From Squalus acanthias (lineage: Eukaryota), in the NCBI GenBank assembly GCA_030390025.1, contig JASTWF010000337.1, forward strand, positions 310,001 through 374,000: a DNA stretch of 64,000 bases, given 5' to 3'. A model generated the notes under the pieces. The model ran no database searches and was not told the DNA's origin. It saw only the letters and a list, made by a program, of their open reading frames with translations. This document shows, piece after piece, positions 41,682-53,898 of this stretch; the stretch's first letter is position 1; each line of letters starts with the position of its first letter. The translations under genes and the position numbers were made by a program.

Positions 41682-44035
41682 TCATAGAATCATAGAAAGT
41701 TACAGCACGGAAGGAGGTCATTTCGGCCCATTGTGTCCGCGCCGGCCAACAAAGAGCTATCCAGCCTAATCCCACTTCCCAGCTCTTGGTCCATAGCCCT
41801 GCAGGTTAGAGCATCCCAAGTGCACATCCAAGTACTTTTTAAATATGGTTAGGGTTCCTGCCTCTACCACCCTTTCAGTCAGTGAGTTCCAGACCCCCAC
41901 AACCCTCTGGGTGAAGAAATTTCCCCTCAAATCCCTTCTAAACCTTCCACCAATTACTTTAAATCTGTGCCCCCCCGGTTTTTGACCCTTCTGCTAAGGG
42001 AAATAGGTCCTTTCTATCCACTTTATCTATGCCCCTCATAATTTTATACACCTCAATAACGTCTCCCCTCAGCCTCCTCTGTTCCAAGGAAAACAGACCC
42101 AGCTTTTCCTCATAGCTAAGATTCTCTACTCCCAGCAACATCCTTGTAAATCTCCTCTGTACCCTCTAGTGCAATCACATCTTTCCTGTAATGTGGTGAC
42201 CAGAACTGCACGCAGTACTCTAGCTGAGGCCTAACTAGTGTTTTATACAGTTGAAGCATAACCACCCTGCTCTTATATTCTATGCCACGGCTAATAAAGG
42301 CAAGTATTCCATATGCCTTCTTAACCACCTTATCTACCTGGCCTGCTACCTTCAGGGATCTGTGGACATGCACTCCAAGGTCCCTTTGTTCCTCTACACT
42401 ACTCAGTGTCCTACCATTTAATGTGTATTCCCTTTCCTTGTTAGCCCTCCCCAAATGCATTACCTCACACTTTTCCGGATTGAATTCCATTTGCCACTGT
42501 TCTGCCCAATTTATTGATATCTTCCTGCAGTCTACAGCTTCCTTCTTCAGTATCAACCACACAGCCGATTTTAGTATCATCTGCAAACTTCTTAATCATA
42601 CCCCCTATATTCAAGTCAAGATCGTTGATATATACCACAAAAAGCAAGGGACCTAGTACTGAGCCCTGCGTAACTCCACTGGAAACAGCCTTCCAGTCAC
42701 AAAAACACCCATCAACCATTGCCCTCTGCTTCCTGCCTGTGAGCCAGTTTTGAATCCAACTTGACACTTTACCCTGGATCCCATGGGCTTTTAACTTCGT
42801 GACCAGTCTGCCATGTGGAACCTTATCAAAAGCCTTGCTAAAGTCCATATACGCACTACCCTCATCTACCCTCCTTGTTACCTCCTCAAAAAATTCAATC
42901 AAGTTTGTCAGACATGACCTTCCCTTAACAAATCCATGCTGACTATCCTTGATTAATCCGTGTCTTTCTAAATTAAGATTTATCCTGTCCTTCAGAATTC
43001 TTTCCAATAATTTTCCCACTACCGAGGTTAGGCTGACTGGCCTGTAATTACTTGGTTTATCCTTTTCTCCCTTTTTAAACACGGGTACCACATTAACAGT
43101 CCTCCAGCACCACACCTGAAGCCAGAGAGGATTGAAAAATGATGGTCAGGGCCTCTGCTATTTCCTCTTTTGCTTCACTTAACAACCTGGGATACATTTC
43201 ATCCGGGCCTGGGGATTTATCCACTTTTAAAGCTGCGAAACCCCTTAATACTTCCTCTCTCACTATGTTTATTTCATCTAATATTTCACACTCCTCCCCC
43301 AATAGCAATGTCTGCTTCGCCCCTCTCCTTTGTGAAAACAGATGCAAAGTATTCATTAAGAACCCTACCGATGTCTCCCACCTCCACACACAGATTACCC
43401 TCATGATCTCTAATAGGTCCTACCCTTTCTTTAGTAATCCTCTTACTCTTAATATATTTATAAAACATCTTTGGGTTTTCCTTGATTTTACTTGCCAAGA
43501 ATTTTTCACGCTCTCTCTTTGCTTTCCTAATATCCTTTTTAATTGCACCCCTGCACTTTCTGTACTCCTCTAAAGATTCTGCAGTATTTAGCCCTCGGTA
43601 TCTGTCATACGCCTCCCTTTTTTTCTTTACCCTACCCTGTATGTCCCTAGACATCCAGGGGGCTCAAGATTTGTTAGTCCCACCTTTTTTCTTTAAGGGC
43701 ACATATTTGGTCTGAAACCTCCGGATCTCCTCCTTGAATGTCTCCCACTGCTCTGACACTGATTTACCTTCAAGTAGCTGTTTCCAGTCCACTGTGGCTA
43801 AATCCCCTCTGAGCTTAGCAAAATTTGCTTTTCCCCAATTTAGAATTTTTATTCCTGGTCTATCCTTGTCCTTTTCCATAACTACCTTAAATCTAACAGA
43901 ATTATGGTCACTAGCACCAAAATGCTCCCCCACTGATATGCCTTCTACCTGCCCAGCTTCAATCCCTAAAACTAAGTCCAGAACCAGCCCCTCCCTTGTT
44001 CGGCTTGCTACATACTGGCTAAAAAAGTTCTCCTG
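41682..44035 (-). mobile_element. CR1-clade LINE ORF2, 5'-truncated and frameshifted
   Basis: NYRPVSLTS, DFSKAFDKVPH, QGSVLGPLLF, FADDTK; (TTCTATGA)-type tail at about 41682-41698. Confidence 0.95.
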
Positions 44036-44309
44036 CTGAATACTTTATTTCTGTCTGCAAGTTGTGACCCTGAGCCCCCTATGGCTCTCTTTAAATCCCC
44101 CTCCCATTATCGCTCTGACCACCCAGTTTTTGATTTTCTACACAATGCAAGTGATAGGATCAGTATCACATCCTTCTCCCAGTTGCTCTGCTACGCTGAG
44201 GCCTGAACACTGACCTTACTACAACCTCAATTCTCCTGCATTTCTCCCTTTTTTCCCCCAATTTTCCACTACTTTCCCTCCTTTGCCCACAGGTAGGCCT
44301 CTCACTAAC

Positions 44310-47300
44310 TTAGCTTAGAGAGCTTGGGCACAGAGCTGTGGAGAATCGCAATCGGAGTGGAAGCTGAGAATTTGGTGATAGTAGGAATTCGGTGGCAAGG
44401 TGGAAGGCAGTTCTCATGCCCAACTCAAAAAAAGGACTGGAGCTGCAGAACCCGAGGACTCGAAGATAAGTATCTAGGTTAAGTATCTAGTTATCTAATA
44501 TTTAGGTTCTGTGTGTTTAGTGATCTCAGTGGTTCTTGTTAAGCTAGAATAAATAATTAGTCTTTGGTTAATTCACTTTAAGGATCAAAGAGAAAAATAA
44601 CAGTATAATTTAATATATTCAAATAATTTAGACCTAGTTAACAGCAATTATATAAATAATCACCTAAGGAGGTTTATTAAGGTATAATTAGAATGGAGAG
44701 ACAGCTGCGACCCGTAGCCTGTAATTCCTGCACCATGTGGGAACTTCAGGATGCTTCATGTGTCCCAGAGGCCCACGTGTGCAGAAGGTGCCTCCAGCTG
44801 CTCGACCTCATGCTGAGGGTTTCTGAGCTTGAGGTACAGCTGGATTCACTGCAGGGTATACGGGTGGCTGAGTGTTTCCTGGATCGCAGGTTCCAGGAGC
44901 TGGTCACCCCACAATCAGATAGAGTTCAGAATAGCAAGTCGGTGGCCATCCGGAAGGATAGGAAAAGGCAGTGCAGGAATCCTCCGGGAGTGTGGCACTC
45001 TCAAACCAGTATTCAGCATTGAATTCTAGTGAGGATGATGACACCTCAAAGGAGTGCAGTCCTGAGCCTGGCACTGTGAGGCAAAGAACTGCAGGGGGGC
45101 ACAGCAAAGTGTAGGAACACAGTAGTAATTGTGAAATTGGATAGTCTGGGAGACAGACAGGCAGTTCTGCTACCACCAACGTGAGTCCCGTATAGTATGT
45201 TGCCTTGCTGGTGCCAGGGTAAGGGACATCACGGAGAGGGAGCAGAACATTCAGCGGGGGGAAGGGGAAGAGCCAGAAATCGTGGTCCATGTCAGAACCA
45301 ACGACATAGGGAGGAAGACGGTTGAAGTCCTGCACTCAGAGTTTAAGGAGCTAGGGAGGAAGTTAAAAAGCAGGACCTCAAAGGTAGTCATTTCTGGATT
45401 ATGCCTAATGCCACGTGCTAGTTAGAGTAGAAATAGGAGGATATGGCAGGCTAATTCATGGCTACAGACATGGTGCAGGAGGGAGGGCTTCAGATTCCTG
45501 GGACATTGGGACCTGTTGTGTGGCAGGAGGGACCTGTTCAAGATGGACGGGTTGCACCTGAACAAAGCTGGGACCAATATCCTTGCGGACAGGTTAACTA
45601 GTGCTGTGGGGGTAGGTTTAAACTAACGTGGCAGGGGGTTGGGCACCAGGATGTAATATTAAAAAGTAGAAACAAGGTGCACAGAGGACTGTGAGAGACA
45701 GAGTTAGAAATAATACAGAATTAGGTGGGATCATAGAAAATACAAAGAGGTCTAAGTTAGATTTGGCGGGCATGTGTGTAAATGCACGACGTGTGGTTAA
45801 TAAGGTTGGTAGGAGCAAATAGCCACGTGGGAATATGATGTAGAGGTGATAACTTAGATCTGGCTCAAAAAAAGTGAGGATTGGATGCTTAATATTCTGG
45901 GTACAAGGTATTCAGGAAACAGAGGGAAGGAAAAAAAAGGAGGGGTAGCATTTTTGATAAAGGAAAATATTAGAGCTAGAAAGAGAGAATGACCTTGAGG
46001 GGTCAAAGACAAAATCTATTTGGTTGGAGTTAAGAAATAATAAAGGAGTTATTCAGCTACTTCGTGTATTTTGTATAGGTCACCAAATAGTGGGAAGGAG
46101 ATCGAAGAGCAGATTTGCAGTGAAATTACTGAGAGATGCATGAACTATAGAGAAGTGATAATGAAATACTTTAACTACCCCAATATTGAATGGGGCAGTG
46201 ATTGTGTTAAGGGCAGAGAGAGGGGGAGGAATTTCTGAACTTTCTTGATCAGTAAGTTCTCTGCCCAACGAGGAAGGTTGGCATTGCTGGATCTAGTCCT
46301 GGGAAATAAAGTGGGTCAAGTGGAGATTGTCACATTGGGGGAGCATCTCGGGAATAGTGATCATAAGGTTTAGATTAGTTATGGAGAAGGACAAGGAGCA
46401 ATCCAGAATAGAAATACTGAACTGGAGGAGGGCTAATTTCAGAGAATTGAGGAGAGATTTGGCCCGGGTAAAATGGAGTCAAAGACTGGCAGGCAGAAAT
46501 GTAATGGAGCAATGGGCGGGCTTTAAAGAGGAGATGGTTCGGGTACAGTCTAGGTACATTCCCACAAGGGGGCAAGGGAGGGAAACCAAAGCCAGAGCTC
46601 CCTGGATGACGAAGGAGTTAGAGAGTAGGATGAAGCAGAAAAAGGGGGCATATGATAGATGTCAGCTTGATAATCAGGAGAATCAGGCTGAATATAAAAC
46701 GTACAGAGGAGAAGTGAAAAAGGAAATAAGAGGCATAAAGAGATAGTATGAGAAGCGACTGGCGGCTAACATAAAAGGGAATCCAAAGGTCTTCTATAGG
46801 CATATTAACAGTAAAAGGGTTGTCAATAGGTATGAGTGGCAAGTTGGCTAAGGTAGATTGGGAAATAAGATTAAAAGGTATGACAGTAGATAAGCAGTGA
46901 CAAACATTTAAAGAAATATTCCAAAATTCTCAATGACTATACACTCCATTGAGAAATAAAAACTCCATGGGAAAAGTGATCCATCCATGGCTAACTAAAG
47001 AAGTTAACGATAGTATTAAATTAAAAGAAGAGGCTCAAGTACTAGGTCCCTTGCTTTTTGTGGTATACATCAATGAGTTAGACATCAATGTAGGGGGCAT
47101 GATCAAGAAGTTTGCAGATGATACAAAAATTGGCCGTGTGGTTGATAGTGAGGAAGAAAACTGTAGACTACAATTGTACAGGGCTTTGGTGAGACCACAC
47201 CTGGAGTACTGTGCACAGTTCTGGTCTCCTTATCTAAGGAAGGGCATACTTGCCTTAGAGCCACTAGATTGATCCCTGGGATGAGAGGGTTGTTGTATGA

Positions 47301-47612
47301 GGAGAGATTGAGCCTATACTCTCTGGAGTTTAGAAGAATGAGAGGTGATCTCATTGAAACATATAAGATTCTGAAGGGGATTGACAGGGTAGATACTGAG
47401 AGGTTGTTTCCCCTGGCTGGAGACTCTAGAACTAGGGGGCATAGTCTCAGGATAAGGGGTCGGACATGTAAAACTGAGATGAGGAGGAATTTCTTCACTC
47501 AGAGGGTTGTGAATCTTTGGAATTCTCTGCCCCGGAGGGCTGTGGATGCCAGAGTACAAAAGCCAGGAGGCTATGCTGAACCTATATAAAACACTAGTTC
47601 TATGATTCTATG
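44310..47612 (+). mobile_element. CR1-clade LINE retaining ORF1 (Cys-finger/leucine zipper plus SGNH esterase); ORF2 internally deleted or mosaic
   Basis: 44693-45620: CNSC...CRRC, leucine heptads, GARVRDI, VVHVRTND, DGLHLN. ORF2 pieces with abrupt junctions near 46825, 47037, 47170, 47265; tail TATGATTCTATG. Confidence 0.85.
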
Positions 47613-48168
47613 GTTGGCTGATTATTGAACAATCTCCGGCTTTTATTTCAAGCAGGTGGCAGGGTCCCTGCTGCGACTGCAGTGTGTTGTCTTTTCCTTC
47701 CTTCTTATTCCAGATTCTATTAAAATTTGTCTTTGTCTGTCACTATTCAGTTCTGACGAAGGGCTTTGTCTGAAATAATAACCTTTCTTTTCCTGCCTCC
47801 ACTTGCTGATTGACCTGTTTGCAGCATTTTGGTCTGATTGTTCTACACACTTTCAATACAGTCACAATCCTGGACGCCAACCTCCTTTAATCCCACGGAT
47901 GCCCAGCCCAAAACCTGTCCCCCCTGCCCAGAAAACCCCACTACCTCCTAGACCCTTGCCCCGCCCAGCAAACCCCGTCCAGACCCTGCGCCCCTGCCCA
48001 GAAACCCCCCTCTCCATGAACCTTTCCCCGCCCAGAAAACCCCATCCAGAACCCGCCCCCCTGCCAGACCCCTCCCTGCCCAGGAACACCCCCAGTACTC
48101 ACACTGATCACCTCCCCCTCCCGCCGCTGTACTCACTCTGCACCCTCCGCCACCACCCCAGTACTCAC

Positions 48169-48217
48169 TCTGTACAGAAGTTCCTCAGGAGTCAGCACCT
48201 TCCCGTCTTCATCCAAC
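48169..48217 (-). CDS. SGSM3: SGSM3 exon: (R)LDEDGKVLTPEELLYR
   Basis: ttcctttttacag acceptor, AGA|gtgagt donor; 49 nt, phase 2 to 0. Confidence 0.96.
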
Positions 48218-48328
48218 CTGTAAAAAGGAACCTTCATTAACCGATGGATTCCGAGCATTCAATTACGGGAAATAACCACCAACTGCACAGTACCTGCTGG
48301 GATTCACCAGCTTGTACAGCACCTGGTA

Positions 48329-49466
48329 CCTCTACATTGCCCCATCAAACACTCCCAGGGCAGGTACAGCATGGGTTAGATACAGAGTAAAGCTCCCTCT
48401 ACACTGTCCTGACAAAGACTCCCAGGGCAGGTACAGCACGGGTTAGATACAGAGTAAAGCTCCCTCTACACTGTCCCATCAAACACTCCCAGGGTAGGTA
48501 CAGCACGAGTTAGATACAAAGTAAAGCTCCCTCTACACTGTCCCATCAAACACTCCCAGGGCAGGTACAGCACGGGTTAGATACAGAGTAAAGCTCTCGC
48601 TACACTGCCCCATCAAACACTCCCAGGGCAAGTACAGCACGGGTTGATACAGAGTAAAGCTCCCTCTACATTGTCCCATCAAATACTCCCAGGGCAGGTA
48701 CAGCACGGGTTAGATACAGAGTAAAGCTCTCGCTACACTGCCCCATCAAACACTCCCAGGGCAAGTACAGCACGGGTTGATACAGAGTAAAGCTCCCTCT
48801 ACATTGTCCCATCAAATACTCCCAGGGCAGGTACAGCACGGGTTAGATACAGAGTAAAGCTCCGTCTACACTGCCCCATCAAACACTCCCAATGCAGGTA
48901 CAGCACGGGTTAGATACAGAGTAAAGCTCCCTCTACACTGTCCCATCAAACACTCCCAGGGCAGGTACAGCATGGGTTAGATACAGAGTAAAGCACCCTC
49001 TACACTGTCCCATCAAATACTCCCAGGGCAAGTATAGCACGGGTTAGATACAGAGTAAAGCTCCCTCTACACTGTCCCATCAAACACTCCCAGGGCAGGT
49101 ACAGCACGAGTTAGATACAGAGTAAAGCTCCCTCTACACTGTCCCATCAAACACTCCCAGGGCAGGTATAACATTGGTTAGATACAGAGTAAAGCTCCCT
49201 CTACACTGTCCCATCAAACACTCCCAGGGCAGGTACAGCACGGGTTAGATACAGAGTAAAGCTCCCTCTACACTGTCCCATCAAACACTCCCAGGGCAGG
49301 TACAGGACGGGTTAGATACAGAGTAAAGCTCCCTCTACACTGTCCCATCAAACACTCCCAGGGCAGGTACAGCACGGGTTAAAGACAGAGTAAAGCTCCC
49401 TCTACAGTGTCCCATCAAACACTCCCAGGGCAGGTACAGCACGGGTTAGATACAGAGTAAAGCGCC
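48329..49466. repeat. 67-bp tandem repeat, left arm (about 17 copies)
   Basis: Unit CCCATCAAACACTCCCAGGGCAGGTACAGCACGGGTTAGATACAGAGTAAAGCTCCCTCTACACTGT. Confidence 0.97.
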
Positions 49467-50007
49467 CGTTAAAATAGTGACCATTTCTAGTTGACCATCT
49501 TCCCATCAGACCCTGCCTGTGTACAGCAAGTTAAAATGTCCTTGTGACGTGCTGGCTCTTGACGTTCAAGCTGAGCTTACAGATAACAGGTTTTCTTTGG
49601 GAACAGACTGAGCTTGTAGCTGCAAGAACCAGACACTTACAGATAATAGATGGATAACAACAAGATACGGTCAGGGACAAGGCCAGTATGTTTGTAATTA
49701 GAGATCGACTTATTGGGTATAATTATAGGACGAGTGGTCAGTGGTTGTTCGAGCTCTCAAGACAATCGGAAGTAGCGCAGCCTAGTGACGGAGGTCGAGC
49801 TAATCACCTTGAAGTCCGCGGGGAAACCAGGTTGTATTAATTGCATGTCATTTAATGTAATTCTGTAGAACAGTTGTATAAGAACAATAATGTTATTAGT
49901 CAATATATATTAAAGCTTGTTGTTTAAAACCATTCGGGCCAGAGTTTTTGTTGCAGGTCTAACAACCCTTTATTGCTACAGTAACCACGGAAAGAAATCC
50001 ACTAACA
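49467..50007 (+). repeat. 5' LTR (541 bp)
   Basis: CGTTAAAATAGTGACC...CACTAACA; by eye 9 substitutions and 2 single-base indels versus the 3' LTR. Confidence 0.95.
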
Positions 50008-50008
50008 C

Positions 50009-50026
50009 TGGCGGCCCTTGGTGGAC
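50009..50026 (+). promoter_or_regulatory. Primer-binding site, tRNA-Asn-like
   Basis: TGGCGGCCCTTGGTGGAC, 1 nt after the LTR; 15/18 match to TGGCGTCCCTGGGTGGGC, the complement of the vertebrate tRNA-Asn 3' end as recalled. Confidence 0.7.
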
Positions 50027-50639
50027 TGGAGTTAAAGGTTTAAAAATAGGCGAACATAAAGGGAAAAGGGGACCAATTGGTTGTGACCGAGTTATTGAAA
50101 GGTAGCCAACCCCTCGAGCATAAACACGTGGAAGGATCGGTAGGGTCGTGCACACCCTTGGTAGGGGAAGCAGAAAACCTAGGCAGTCTGAGTGAAAGTG
50201 AGTGTGAATGTGTGAAAGTTTACTGACCTATGAATGTTTAACAGAGCTAAAAGCAGTTCAACTCTCTGTAGTCTTGTCTTTGATTAAAATGCCTAAAATA
50301 CTTTCAACATTAATGTCTTTTCTACAAGTATATGCTGTTTTAAACTTGCTAATTGTTTTCTCTATGTATGTATACACATGTGGATTATTTTTGAGATGCT
50401 TTGAATCATGTTTTTGGTCTTGAACTGATTTAAAGGGTGTGAATGTTCCTTGGGATCGTGACCAGGGAATACAATGTAAACATTTGGCACTTTGAGTTCC
50501 TAACCCATTACACGGATCAGTATTTCCAAGGAGCATGATAGTGTGAATATCGTTGTTGAGTATGTTCATTTCAATTTAAGATTGTGTGCCTGAACTGGGG
50601 AAAACTTTGTGATTTACATTTTAAGTTAAAGGTACTGGT

Positions 50640-52870
50640 TGGAGCTGCACTCCAGGCAAGTGGAGAGTGTTCCATCACACTCCTGACTTGTGCCTTGTAG
50701 ATGGTGGAAAGGCTTTGGGAGTCAGGAGGTGAGACATTCGCTGCAGAACACCCTGCTCTTGTTGCCACAGTATTTATGTGGCTGGTCCAGTTAAGTTTCT
50801 GGTCAATGGTGACCCCCAGGATGTTGATGGTGGGGGATTCGGCGATGGTAATGCTGTTGAATGTCAAGGGACGGTAGTTAGACTCTCGCTTGTTGGAGAT
50901 AGTCATTGCCTGGCACTTGTGTAGTGCGAATGTTACTTGCCACTTATCAGCCCAAGCCTGAATGTCGTTCAGGTCGTGCTGCATGCGGGCATGGACTGCT
51001 TCATTATGTGAGGAGTTGCGAATGGAACTGAACACTGTGCAATCATCAGCGAACATCCCCACTTCTGACCTTATGATGGAGGGAAGGTCATTGATGAAGC
51101 AGCTGAAGATGGTTGGGCCTGGGACACTGCCCTAAGGAACTCCTGCAGTGATGTCCTGGGGCTGAGATGATTGACCTCCAACAACCACAACCATCTTCCT
51201 TTGTGCTAGGTATGACTCCAGCCAGTGGAGAGTTTTCCCCCTGATTCCATTGACTTGAGTTTTACTAGGGCTCCTTGATGCCACACTCGGTCAAATGCTG
51301 CCTTGTTGTCAAGGGCAGTCACTCTCACCTCACCTCTGGAATTCAGCTCTTTTGTCCATGTTTGGACCAAGGCTGTAATGAGGTTGGGAGCTGAGTGGTC
51401 CTGGCGGAACCCGAACTGAGCATTGGCGAGTAAATGCTGCTTGATGACACTGTCAATGACACCTTCCGTCACTTTGCTGATGATTGAGGGTAGACTCATG
51501 GGGCGGTAGTTGGCTGGGTTGGATTTGTCCTGCCTTTTGTGGACAGGACATACCTGGGAAATTTTCCATTTTGTCAGATAGATGCCAGTGTTGTAGCTGT
51601 ACTCGAACAGCTTGGCTAGAGGCACGGCTAGTTCTGGAGCATAAGTCTTCAGCACGACAGCCGGGATGTGTCGGGGCCCATAGCCTTTGCTGTAGTCAGT
51701 GCACTCAGCCATTTCTTGATATCACGTGGAGTGAATCGAATTGGCTGAAGACTGGCTTCTGTGATGGTGAGGTCCTCAGAAGGAGGCCGATATGGATCAT
51801 CCACTCGGCACTTCTGGCTGAAGATGTTGCAAACGCTTCAGCCTTGTCTTCTGCACTCGCGTGCTGGGCTCCACCATCATTGAGGATGGGGATGTTCATG
51901 GAGCCGCCTCCTCCTCCCGTTAGTTGTTTAATGGTCCACCACCATTCACAACTGGATGTGGCAGGACTGCAGAGCATTGATCTGATCAGCTGATTGCAGG
52001 ATCGCTTAGCTTTGTCTATAGCATGCTGCCTCTGCTGTTTAGCATGCATACAGTCCTGAGTTGCAGCTTCCCCAGGTTGACACCTCATTTTTAGGGACAC
52101 CTGGTGCTGCTCCTGGCATGTTCTTCTGCACTCCTCATTGAACCAGGGCTGGTTCCCTGGCTTGATGATAATGGTAGAGTGAGGGATTTGTGTCAGCCAT
52201 TGCCAAGTTGGCAGCACCCTTGCCTCTGAATCAGAAGGTTGTGGGTTGAAATCCCACTCCAGGGACTTGAGCACAATAATCGAGGCCAACATTCCAGTGC
52301 CATCTTTCGGTGGGACAGGACATACCCAGGGATGGTGATGGAGGAGTCTGGGACACTGGCTGAAAGTTATGATTCTGTGAGTATGACTATGTCAGGCTGT
52401 TGCTTGACTAGTCTGTGGGACAGCTCTCCAAATTTTGGCACAAGTCCCCAGATGTTAGTGAGGAGGACTTTGCAGGGTCGACTGGGCTGGGTGTGCCGTT
52501 GTCGTGTCCGAATCCGGTGCCGAGATTGAAGCCGGGTGGTCCGTCCGGTTTTATGCTTATTATTGTTTTTCATAGTGGTTTTTTACAACTGGGTGGCTCA
52601 TTAGGCCATTTCAGAGGGCAGTTCAGAGTCAACCACATTGCTGTGGGTCTGGAGTCACACAGACCAGATAAGGACGGCAGATTTCCTTCCCATTAGTGAA
52701 CCAGATGGGTTTTTACGACAATCCGATAGTTTCATGGTTACCATTATTGATACTAGCTTTTTATTCCAGATTTATTTAATTAACTGAATTTAAATTCCCC
52801 AGCTGCTGTGGTGGGATTTGAACTCATGTCTCTGGATCATTAGTCCAGGCCTCTGGATTACTAGTCCCGT
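50640..52870 (-). mobile_element. CR1-group LINE (APE and RT relic) with a tRNA/SINE-like 5' head
   Basis: KVLLTNIWGL...PDIVILTES, PWFNEEC, NPANYRPMSL, AAFDRVWH, MFADD; head at about 52600-52870 contains GAGTTCAAATCCC. Confidence 0.85.
52190..52310 (+). mobile_element. tRNA-derived SINE fragment (DeuSINE/SacSINE1-like)
   Basis: GCAGCACCCTTGCCTCTGAATCAGAAGGTTGTGGGTTGAAATCCCACTCCAG; same family as 61445-61595. Confidence 0.7.
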
Positions 52871-52874
52871 AAAC

Positions 52875-53160
52875 ACAGGATTTTTTTTAACTTGTCCCAT
52901 TGCCATCTCCTTTTGCCTGCACCATCATCCCTTTTGTCTCCCAATCTCTCCTGCCTTCCATCCTATCACAGACCATCCCTTTTGTTCTTTCCTCCCCTCC
53001 CCCCTTTCCCTGCCCCTACACTTGCTTAAAAACCTGTTCCATCTCCAACTTTTTCCAGTTCTGACGAAGGGTCATCGACCAGAAACGTCAACTCTGTTTC
53101 TCTCTCCACAGATGCTGCCTGACCTGCTGAGTATATCCACCATTTTCTGTTTTTATTACA
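52875..53160 (+). mobile_element. Penelope-like element terminal fragment
   Basis: Pyrimidine-rich tract, hammerhead motif, then CCACAGATGCTGCCTGACCTGCTGAG tail related to 40236-40340 (inverted) and 47750-47850. Confidence 0.65.
53057..53093 (+). ncRNA. Minimal type I hammerhead ribozyme
   Basis: AGTT-CTGACGA-AG-GGTC(ATC)GACC-A-GAAAC-GTC-AACT: stem I AGTT/AACT, both catalytic boxes, stem II GGTC/GACC, palindromic ACGT stem III, GUC cleavage triplet. Confidence 0.75.
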
Positions 53161-53898
53161 AGTTACAGTTGCTGGTATAGATCAATTTGAATGTCTCCAA
53201 AGCACCTTGTTTTAATTGGATAACAGCTATAAAGATTGCTATCGCTTTATACAGTTTAAATTAAAGATGTGTGGTCTTGTTTTAAATCAATTCGAATGTT
53301 TACAAAGCACTGTTTTCTTCATTTGGTTACTCGAAGTCTGAGACTTGCTATTGTGATTGACTCCGCCCCCACCCAGGTAATCAGTAATCAGAATTTGTAA
53401 ACTGGGCTGAGAGAAAATGCACCAAGTTAATCTATGATGGAATAAAGGAGAGAGGGAAAGATTCTTCCCCTTTTCTACTGTCACAAGCTGCAGGAGATCT
53501 TTTGTTTCCACCGTACTGTCTCGAAGAGCCTGTGTGAATGTTTCAGAGCCCACAAGCTGTGGGAGGTTCCACCATTAACCCTTTTGTGTAGAAATGTTAC
53601 AAAGATTTTGTTTAGATCTGAATACTAATATTTTCTTCAGTTATATTCAGTTTTTAGTCCTTTGAAGAAATAACAAAAAAAATGTAATTTTCTGGGTTTT
53701 GTAAGCATGTGCTATTTTGATATTTTTATCTGTTGTGCAGTATGTTTAGTTAATAAAATATTGGCCTGAATTAAATTGGAACTATTGAGGTTAACTAATC
53801 TATTAAATTGTGAAAACCAGATTTTCATTATGGCCAGTGAAATTCTGATTACTGTAAATTATCTGTGATTCTATGTGGAGGTATCTGATGTGATGAGA

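Larger units (their letters stand above)
40236..47860 (+). mobile_element. Decayed Penelope-like element 3' region (GIY-YIG relic and tail), split by three nested LINEs
   Basis: Collinear pieces: CNTCPFTS..TIQGPKQ (about 40480-40530), GLLCIVETKHR*GD (about 41640-41681), AEY..SVCK-like continuation (44036-44290), tail with CTGACGA..GAAA (47620-47860); inverted tail-like copy at 40236-40340. Confidence 0.65.

Noticed and set aside
47749..47785. Second hammerhead as a functional ribozyme
   Set aside because: CTGACGA and GAAA are present but stem III and the cleavage region are degenerate (GAAATAATAACC).
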